Of a DNA stretch of 64,000 bases, positions 51,629 through 64,000 are shown one piece after another. Positions within the stretch are counted from its first letter, which is position 1. Each line of letters opens with the position of its first letter. The notes below the pieces were generated by a model. The model saw nothing but the letters and a program-made list of their open reading frames with translations, did no database searches and was not told the DNA's origin. A program made the translations under genes and the position numbers. This stretch comes from Octopus sinensis (Eukaryota), in the NCBI RefSeq assembly GCF_006345805.1, contig NW_021831825.1:1-64000 (forward strand). Direction: 5' to 3'.

Positions 51629-51934
51629 GGCATGTGTGGGTGTGTGCTGGTGGGCGTGTGGGCATAAAATATCTGATGAAACATACGTCTGTGTGTCACT
51701 ATATAATATATATATGTATATATGTATGCATGTATGTATTTGTATGTATGTATGTATGCATGTATATATGTATGTATGTATGTGTGTATGTATGTATGTG
51801 TGTGTATGTATGTATGTGTATGTATGTATGTATGTATGTATGTGTGTATGTGTGTATGTATGCATGTATATATATATATATGTATGTATGTATATGTATG
51901 TGTATATAAATAACGCTCCCGTCTCTTTCCGCCG

Positions 51935-52410
<476 letters not shown>

Positions 52411-52829
52411 TCCATATATTGATACCATGACAGCCATAAACACCACTACCTCTTGTTCAGGCGAAAAGAAAAACACACACACATATAAGCATACATATCT
52501 ACATACATACATACATACATACATACATACATACATACATACATACATACATACATACATAACATACATATTCATATAAGTATTTATATATACGTATATG
52601 TGTGATGGACAAGCATACCTGACGATGGGAACGGTGTGTGAGATGTGTGACTGAATGTGGGCGGCGGTCGGGGTGTGGCTGTAGTGGTGGTGGTGCTAGT
52701 GTGCATGTGTGTGTGTGAGTGGAGGGCGGTGGGAGAAGGTATTGTCAGGAACGGCGTGTGTCTGATACAGCAGCAGCGAATGCGGTGGCGGTGAGCGGCG
52801 GCAGCGGCTGCGATGCCAAAGATGGCAAC

Positions 52830-55990
<3,161 letters not shown>

Positions 55991-56078
55991 CTATAATGAC
56001 TATGATCAGTATAATACTGATAAATAAGTACTTTTTCTACATTAGATATCATACACATACATACATACATACATACAT

Positions 56079-56132
<54 letters not shown>

Positions 56133-56465
56133 GTATGTATGTATGTATGAATGTATGTATGCACCGCTATCAGTTTTATTATACTGCTAGCTTTGGTCAA
56201 TAGCTTCGGTTTATATAATCGATCAGGACGTTTGTTTCACGTAGTGTGTGGTGCTTGCTTGTAATACATTCAACGCCCCCCCCCACACACACACACATAC
56301 ACACATATACATATACAAACAAGCACACACACTCGCACGACACAGACTCATGTGTATACACACCAGCATTCATACGTAGACACAAGCATACAGACATACA
56401 CACACGACACACAATCACATTCATACGCGCAGGAGCACACACGTATTTATATAAATATGTACATA

Positions 56466-57090
56466 GGCGCAGGAGTGGCTGTGTGGTAAGTAACTTGCTT
56501 ACCAACCACATGGTTCCGGGTTCAGTCCCACAGCGTAGCACCTTGGGCAAGTGTCTTCTAATATATATTCCTTTATTACCCACAAGGAGACAATCAAGGA
56601 CAGAGGGAACAAACAAAGACGGACAAACGGATTAAGTCGATTACATCGACCCCAATGCGTAACTGGTACTTAATTTATCGACCCCGAAAGGATGAAAGGC
56701 AAAGTCGACCTCGGCGGAATTTGAACTCGGAACGTAACGACAGACGAAATACGTCTACGCATTTCGCCCGACGTGCTAACGATTCTGCCAGCTCGGGCCG
56801 ACCAAGACCTTGTGAGTGGATTTGGTAGACGGAAACTAAAAGAAGCCCGTCGTATATATGTATATGTATATATATGTTTGTGTGTCTGCGTTTGTCCTCC
56901 TAACATTGCTTGACAACCGATGCTGGTGTGTTTACATCCCCGTAACTTGGCGGTTCGGCAAAAGCTGACGATAGAATAAGTACTAGGCTCACAAAGAATA
57001 TGATATGTCCTGGGGTCGATTTGCTCGACTAAAGGCGATGCTCCAGCATGGCAGCCGTCAAATGACTGAAACAATTAAGAAGGAGTAAGA
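56466..57090 (+). mobile_element. SINE-A copy interrupted by SINE-B
   Basis: SINE-A breaks at GTGTCTTCTAATAT and resumes at GGCCGACCAAG near 56794. Confidence 0.88.
56563..56793 (-). mobile_element. SINE-B nested in SINE-A
   Basis: Near-complete reverse-complement SINE-B. Confidence 0.88.
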
Positions 57091-57249
57091 GTATAGACAC
57101 ACATTTGCTTTTACATACGTATGACTATAGACGTATGTATGTGTGTATTTATACACACATACATATATTCAAATAGAATTTTATATACATCGAAATATAT
57201 ATATATTATATATATATATATAATAATATATATATCATATATAATACAA

Positions 57250-57460
57250 TATATAAAGTTAATCCAAACAAGAAAACAAAAAAAAAACAAACAACGCAAG
57301 GATGTGGAACAAATAAAGTATTATTGGACGCTCAGGAAAGAAGGGAAAGAAGGAGGGTTTAACGTTTCGAGCGGAGCTCTTCGTCGGAAACATAGGAGAT
57401 GGAAAGATCCCGAGAAGGAAGACAGAGGGAAAAATATTGCCAGTGGTACTCACGAGGTCA
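57250..57460 (-). mobile_element. Hammerhead-motif repeat H1, second copy (motif 57357-57391, core mutated to CCGACGA)
   Basis: Colinear with 22632-22860; also ends in TA-rich repeat. Confidence 0.65.
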
Positions 57461-57469
57461 TATATATAT

Positions 57470-57678
57470 ATTCTTTTATTCTTTTACTTGTTTCAGTCAT
57501 TTGACTGTGGCCATGCTGGAGCACCGCCTTTTGTCGAACAAATCGACCCCAGGACTTATTCATTGTAAGCTTAGTACTTATGCTATCGATTCTTTTTGCC
57601 GAACCGATAAGTTACGGGGACGTAAACACACCAGCATCGGTTATCAAACGATGTTGGGGGACAGACACAGACACACAA

Positions 57679-57723
<45 letters not shown>

Positions 57724-57875
57724 CACATATATACAACGGGTTTCTTTCAGTTTCCGATAACCAAATCCACTCACAAGGCTTTGGTCGGTCCGATGCTATA
57801 GTAGAAAATACTTGCCCAAGGTGCCACGCAGTGGGACTAAACCCGGAACCATGTGGTTGGTAAGCAAGCTACTTA
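57470..57875 (-). mobile_element. SINE-A copy whose head is cut at the AAGTAGCTTGCTTACC site
   Basis: Body complete; everything 5' of TAAGTAGC is replaced by the tail of the adjacent element. Confidence 0.9.
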
Positions 57876-59227
57876 TTTTCAAAAAAAGTTTCCAGAAAGG
57901 CATGATACAGAGTAGCTTGCGGGCTGGACAGAAACATTGATGAGATGAATGATGAAATAAAATGATATTAATGGGAGAACACAAAAAACGCCCCCCGATT
58001 TTTTGCTTCTCTAAAACATTATTTTTTACACAAAAAACAAACCAATGTATTGAACCTCTTACTTCCGTTTTTACAATTATTGGACTTAATAGTCCATTTA
58101 CAAATTGGGGCGCTGAACCTCTTACATTATAACACTGTGGCTTTTCAAACTCTTGTCAATTTTCCTCCCCAGCATCGCTTGTGCCCGTATACTCTACCAT
58201 CAACCACGCCTCGTTTAAAACCAAGGCGGGCTCCGAGTCGGCGCCGCCCGGCCACAAGCGATATTCCTCTTTGAGTCCCTCCAGCCTACGTATGACGGGC
58301 AACGTTATGGCCCCCACAGCTATCTGCAGAGGCCATTCGGGTTCCCGTGTGAAAGTTAAAGGTATTCCCTTATAGTGTTTTTCCACCACCTTTTCAACCT
58401 CTCCACCTCTGTAGAAGAAGATCAATAACTTGTCTTCCTTCGGGGTCGAGGTAGTCAATTCTACCGTTGGCGGCACAATTCCCGCCAACAGTGTCTCTTC
58501 CTCTGCCGGTGGCACAATCGACGAGGTTCCGGGACATTCCGATGCTATGTCACCGACTGCCGGCAATGTCCCGTTTTTCTTCCTCCTCCTCATTTTTTCT
58601 TCTCAACTGGGGGAAGGCGCGTCTCCTCCGTGACCGGGAGATTCGCCTCCCCTCTCTCATTCCTAGGATGCTTCTGTGAGCACCCATTATTGCTCACCTT
58701 CTTCCTCTTGCGGCCCTTCCTTCAGGATTCCTACTCCAACTCGGCCGCCTTCGTTCCTTCTTCTACAGAAGTCTCCATCAACTGCTCCAGGACTTTGTTT
58801 TGTTCCTGAGGACAGTTTTTCTTTATATGACCAGGCCCCAGGCACCGACGACACCTAGCCATCCCCCAAAAATCTGGAAGAACCAGATTATCGGCTGACT
58901 GGGTCCACAGGGTCAAAACTACCTTCGACCCCACCCAATCAGCCAATTGGTATCGAGACATGCCCACCAAAACAATAATTGTCACAGCTAAGTGGGTCAC
59001 TCGGCGCGACCGCAACAGACAAATGTCTAGAACCCAGTGAGGATTTCTTATTCGAGAAAAAGAAAACAATATAAAAAAATAGAAATTCCGCACCGAATCC
59101 CTAAAAAGACAGATGCCTACCTTGCAGTCGCGCTTTCAACGGTTCTTTAATTCAAGACGGCTTCCAACCACGTCTTGACAGTGTTCACTCTCGTAAGTGG
59201 CTGACAAACTCACGCATGCGTAAGCGA
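57875..59227 (-). mobile_element. Non-autonomous Tx1/L1-like element (zinc-knuckle ORF1 remnant, no RT/APE) flanked by 16-bp direct repeats
   Basis: CCHC knuckle CRRCLGPGHIKKNC; basic KKNGT segment; flanks GGTAAGCAAGCTACTT (57859-57874) and GGTAAGAAAGCTACTT (59228-59243). Confidence 0.65.
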
Positions 59228-59243
59228 GGTAAGAAAGCTACTT

Positions 59244-59459
59244 TATTTCATAAAATTTGCCATGACGGCATTACAAAGAGTAGCTTGCGGGCTGGAGAGA
59301 AACATTAATGAGATGAAGGATGAAAAAAAGTTGAATAAAAAAGTGATATTGATGGGAGAAGACGAAAAACGCCCGGCGATTTTTTGCTTCTCTAATACAT
59401 TATTCTTTTTTTAAAAAACAAAATGAGGTATTAAACATCTTACTTTAGTTTATTACAAA
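59244..59459 (-). mobile_element. 3' tail of an earlier copy of the same Tx1-like family
   Basis: Diverged direct repeat of 57875-58080 (AGAGTAGCTTGCGGGCTGG...GATTTTTTGCTTCTCTAA) abutting the same target motif. Confidence 0.75.
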
Positions 59460-59818
59460 CTAGCACTATGATCCGGCAACGCCGGGTCATAGTGCTAGTG
59501 CATGCATATACAGCTGCGTGCGTGCGCACATACACGCGAGTACTGTCAAAATCTCCGACCAATCACATACAGCTAGCTGGCATTCAATTGGCGTATCAAG
59601 TTTCGGGCATTTTGATTGAGTTTTGGATAGAAAATTCACAAAAAAGTCACTTCCATTGATATTTTTAATGGCTTTGCGGGGTGACTGGGGAAATGTAAAG
59701 ATGTGCACGACCATCCTTGGCCGGTTTTGAATGACTATAGAAAGTGCGAGCCCTCTAACTGAAAAATTGTGGATTTGTATAAAAGATACACACACACAGA
59801 CATTTTGCCGTTTACATA
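59460..59818 (-). mobile_element. HelitronN ending in the 39-bp palindromic cassette (59460-59498)
   Basis: 5' end TAAACGGCAAAATGTCTGTGTG resembles the 5' end of 957-1333; 3' cassette CTAGCACTATGATCCGGC-AAC-GCCGGGTCATAGTGCTAG on the + strand. Confidence 0.75.
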
Positions 59819-59820
59819 CT

Positions 59821-60238
59821 CTTACTCTTTACTCTTTTACTTATTTTAGTCATTTGACTGCGGCCATGACTGAGCACAGCCTTTAGTCGAGCAAATCGAC
59901 CCCGGAACTTATTCTTTGTAAGCCCAGTACTTATTCTATCGGTCTCTTTTGCGAACCGCTAAATGACGGGGACGTAAACACACACACCAGCATCGGTTGT
60001 CAAGCAATGCTGGGGGGACAAAAACCACCACAACAAACATACACACACACTTATATATATATATATATATATATACGACAGGCTTCTTTCAGTTTCCGTC
60101 TACCAAATCCACTCACAAGGCATTGGTTGGCCCGGGGCTATAGTAGAAGACACTTGCCCAAGATGCCACGCAGTGGGACTGAACCCGGAACCATGTGGTT
60201 GGTTAGCAAGCTACTTACCACACAGCCACTCCTGCGCC
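59821..60238 (-). mobile_element. SINE-A copy (complete, target site intact)
   Basis: Full head to tail. Confidence 0.92.
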
Positions 60239-60239
60239 T

Positions 60240-60835
60240 ATGTATAGAGATGTTTTTTTTTGTCTTTAAAAAGAACACACAAAAATGAGGCAATACATTT
60301 CTTACACAGACTGAGACACCAAGTCTCTTCAATCATCCCCTATCAATTCTCTTGCAGCCTGCAGGCAAACCCTCAGCCGCAAGGCGGGGCACCAAAAAAT
60401 ATAATTGTAATCTTTTTTTCGAACAGGACTCCACTATTCGAAGGAACTCTCTCTCTTTCACCACCAGCGCCACCACCTGCGACGGCCAATGCTGATGATC
60501 AGTACGGGCCGAGTCCATTAGGTCCTGACCATCAAGACAGCTCTCAACAAAGTTGTTAACAACCCCTCCCCAAAGATAGAATACCACGTATTCTTTACTT
60601 TCACTGGGAGGGGCCATAGCTTCCTCTGTCGCTGGCACGATTCCAGCCGAAGGGGCCTCGGGACATGTCGGCAGTACACTGCACACCTCCGACACTGTAC
60701 CATTCTGTTTTTTTCTTTTTTATCTTCGGTGCGGGAGGGGTTGGCTCCTTCGCCATAACCGCAGGAACCTCGCTTCCTCCCGCAACCCCGGGGCCCCTCG
60801 GAGAACAACCATTGCCTCAGTCGCGTTGAGAAACT
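60240..60835 (-). mobile_element. Diverged relative of the Tx1-like element (ORF1 C-terminal part and partial tail)
   Basis: KKQNGTV...SAGIVP...YVVFYLWGGVVNNFVE aligns with KKNGTL...LAGIVP...LLIFFYRGGEVEKVVE of ORF 58156-58593. Confidence 0.6.
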
Positions 60836-61202
60836 CACTTAGCGGTGAGAATTGTTTTGTTTTGGTGGGTGTGTCTCGCTACCAAAATTTGAAAAGTTTA
60901 TAAAAATTCGACCCATTCGTGGAGGAATTTTTTTGCTGCAACGGTGAACTGGAGTACCCGTGTGAGGCAATATTCTGGAGGATTACCCGTGGATTATTTG
61001 CTGATTGGACCCGGATTACCTAAGTGGCGGAATTGTGTTGCCGTGCTGGAACTATCTTTTCTCTGCTCTGTTTTTCTGTTCTTTCTTTGTGTTTCTTTGG
61101 ACTTTTATTTGAATATCTTGAACCAACCAAAGCCTTGTGAGTGGATTTGGTAGACGGAAACTGAAAGAAGCCTGTCGTATATGTGCGTGTATGTTGATTC
61201 GC

Positions 61203-61404
61203 TAGCTTCTGCACGCATTTTTTTTTCTCTCCTTGTTTCTTTCCGTTTTCTTTTCTGTGTATCTTTCTGTTGAAGAGCGTAGGCTCGAAACGTAAAGACT
61301 TGTTTTATTTTATTCCTGAGCGCCATACTAATACAATTGTTTGTTTGTACTCCACCTGCTTCGTCTTTTGTTTAATTCATAAAGCTTCCCGTTATATATA
61401 TATA

Positions 61405-61468
<64 letters not shown>

Positions 61469-61665
61469 TATATATATCGTTAGCCCCTACACGCAATTTT
61501 TTTCTCTCCTTGTTTCTTTTCTGTGTATCTTTCTGTCGAAGAGCGTAGGCTCGAAACGTAAAAGACTTGTTTTATTTCTATTCCTGAGCGCCATACTACT
61601 ACAATTGTTTGTTGTACTCCCCCTGCCTTCGTCTTTGTTTTATTTCTTGTTAAAGCTTCCCGTTA
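61203..61665 (+). mobile_element. Tandem dimer of hammerhead-motif repeat, family H2 (copies ~61203-61400 and ~61479-61665)
   Basis: Direct repeats separated by (TA)n; motifs at 61262-61298 and 61528-61565; share TTCCTGAGCG downstream with H1. Confidence 0.7.
61528..61565 (+). ncRNA. Minimal hammerhead-like motif (core variant CUGUCGA)
   Basis: TCTTT-CTGTCGA-A-GAGC-GTAG-GCTC-GAAA-CGT-A-AAAGA: stem I TCTTT/AAAGA, stem II GAGC/GCTC, GUA triplet. Confidence 0.5.
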
Positions 61666-61669
61666 TATA

Positions 61670-61730
<61 letters not shown>

Positions 61731-62013
61731 GTGTGTGTGTGAGTGTATTGTGTGTGTGTGTGTGTGTGTGTATGTTTGTGTGTATGTGTGTGTTGTGTGT
61801 GTTCTCTCCCCAACATCGCCTGACAACCGATGTTGGTGTGTTTACGTCCCCGTAATCTAGCGGTTCGGCAAAAGAACCAGAGAATAAGTACATAGAATAA
61901 GTACTAAAGAATATGTCCTGGGGTCGATTTGCTCGACTAAAGAGAGTAAAGGGATTATATATATATATATTATATATATATATAATATATATATATAGAT
62001 ATATATATATATT

Positions 62014-62062
<49 letters not shown>

Positions 62063-62312
62063 TATTATATATATCATATATATATATATACGTGCGCGCG
62101 CACATATATTAATATATCCATATATATATGCATATATATGCATATAAACTTATACACAGACACATACACACACACACGCACATATATATACTCACATATA
62201 TATACACACACATATAGGGATTTGAATATGTGTTTGGATAGATAATCAAATGGCCTTTGCATGTGTCTGTGAGCATGCGCGTATGTGAGTGTGTGTGTTA
62301 TTTGTGCATCTC

Positions 62313-62539
62313 TTTTACTCTTCTACTCTTTTACTTGTTCCAGTCATTTGACTGCGGCCATGCTGAAGCACCGCCTTTAGTCGAGCAACTCGACCCCGGG
62401 ACTTATTCTTTTGTAAGCCGAGTACTTATTCTATCGGTCTCTTTTGCCGAACCGCTAAGTAACGGGGACATAAACACACCAGCATCGGTTGTCAAGCAAT
62501 GCTAGGGGGACAACAAACACAGACACACAAACATACACA

Positions 62540-62599
<60 letters not shown>

Positions 62600-62796
62600 T
62601 ATATATATATATATATATATATTATACATATATACGACGGGTTCTTTCAGTTTCCGCCTACCAAATCCACTCACAAGGCATTGGTCGGCCCGAGGCTATA
62701 GTAGAAGACACTTGCCCAAGGTGCCACGCAGTGGGACTGAACCCGGAACCATGTGGTTGGTGAGCAAGCTACTTACCACGCAGCCACTCCTACGCC
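62313..62796 (-). mobile_element. SINE-A copy (complete)
   Basis: Full head to tail with expanded central (TA)n. Confidence 0.92.
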
Positions 62797-63291
62797 TACT
62801 TTTGTGTATGTATGTATTTATTTGTGGTTATGTATGTTTCGCTGAAATGTCTAATTCTGTCAAAGCGCATGTTGTTGTATGTATACATGGATAAGTGTGT
62901 ATACACATATACTGTGTATACACACAAACTGTGTATACATATTTATGTTTTCAGATAAGTTCATATGAATGTATATACAGAAATATGATATTTGCGTTAT
63001 ACATGGGAAGTATGTTTATGTAATTACATATATGCATACGAGTGTATATGAAAAGAGATGTACAGCGTATACATTTACATACATCTCTCCTACTCTCCCT
63101 CCCTTTCAATCTCATTCACTCTCGCTCTTTCTTTCTCACTCTTTGTCTTATTCTGTGTATATATATATATATATATATACATACACACATATATGTACGT
63201 CATACATACACACACACACACATATACATATATATACACACATATGTGCATGTATATATTATGTTCATAATCTGTTATATTTATGTCTGTG

Positions 63292-63331
<40 letters not shown>

Positions 63332-63740
63332 TAATATGTTGTGTGTGTGGTGGTTTGTATATATGTATGTATGTATATGTATGTATGAATGTATGTATGT
63401 ACGTATATATAATATTTATCTATACAGACATAAATATAAATATACATGTATATATAGATATACATAAATATAGATATGCATGTATATATGTTCATGTATA
63501 TATATATATATATGTATGTATGTATTTATACACATACATACATGCATACTTATATACATTTATACATACATACATACATGTATACGTTACATATACAAAA
63601 ACATACATATATCTTACGCATCTATTCATGAATATCTATTCGGTAGATTGCACAGTGTAATGTGTCGAGATATATATACGTAACCAGATAAAGGTTTTAG
63701 TCAAAATTCTTAGAAAATGAAAATTTGGTGGAAAAGTAAC

Positions 63741-63779
<39 letters not shown>

Positions 63780-64000
63780 TTGAAATACGATTGATAAATT
63801 GATCTGAGAAAAGAAAACTTGTTAAAAAGAAGATAAAAATTGAAGAAACATTTTAAGCAATCCGGCAGCCTTGAGAGATTATCTTTCATGTGTCTGTCTG
63901 CCTCTTTGATTACGTCTGAATCTATAGAGTGAAGTTCTTTATACATTAGCAGCATAGGCTTCTTACCGAAGACTGGGTATTTGAAGTGGCTTGCTCTACT

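Noticed and set aside
57875-59459. LTR retrotransposon (tails read as LTRs)
   Set aside because: The repeats lack TG..CA ends, PBS and PPT, are quite diverged, and each abuts the same SINE-derived 16-mer. Tandem target-primed insertion fits better, although an LTR reading is not formally excluded.
63800-64000. Minus-strand peptide YKELHSIDSDVIKEADRHMKDNLSRLPDCLKCFF as a host exon
   Set aside because: It runs into a (TAA)n tract like a retroelement 3' end, is cut by the window edge, and matches no family I can name.

Overview
This is a eukaryotic, AT-rich, microsatellite-saturated window with no recognisable host protein-coding gene, rRNA, true tRNA or CRISPR array. The SINE families and repeat landscape look like an octopus (coleoid cephalopod) genome, which is an inference from recalled repeat sequences. 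Almost every ORF in the track is a translated microsatellite. The real content is nested mobile DNA. (1) A head-to-tail Helitron pair at 42052-47967 with a disabled Rep/PIF1-helicase gene and a captured L1/Tx1-type ORF1 fragment. (2) Several non-autonomous Helitrons sharing one 3' hairpin. (3) At least four tRNA-derived SINE families, labelled A-D here, including an 8 x 184-bp tandem array. (4) R4/Dong-type, HERO-type, RTE and CR1-type LINE fragments. (5) A Penelope-like element whose GIY-YIG motif is split by a SINE insertion. (6) hAT (Charlie/Buster and Tip100-like), Tc1/mariner and pogo/Tigger remnants. The most interesting observations are an ORF1-only Tx1-like element that appears to insert repeatedly at one 16-bp site in the tRNA head of SINE-A, four minimal hammerhead-ribozyme-like motifs in short (TA)n-anchored repeats, and a 39-bp fully palindromic CTAG...CTAG Helitron terminator seen twice. 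Coordinates were read by eye, so ends of decayed elements are approximate, and family names are motif-based rather than search-confirmed.
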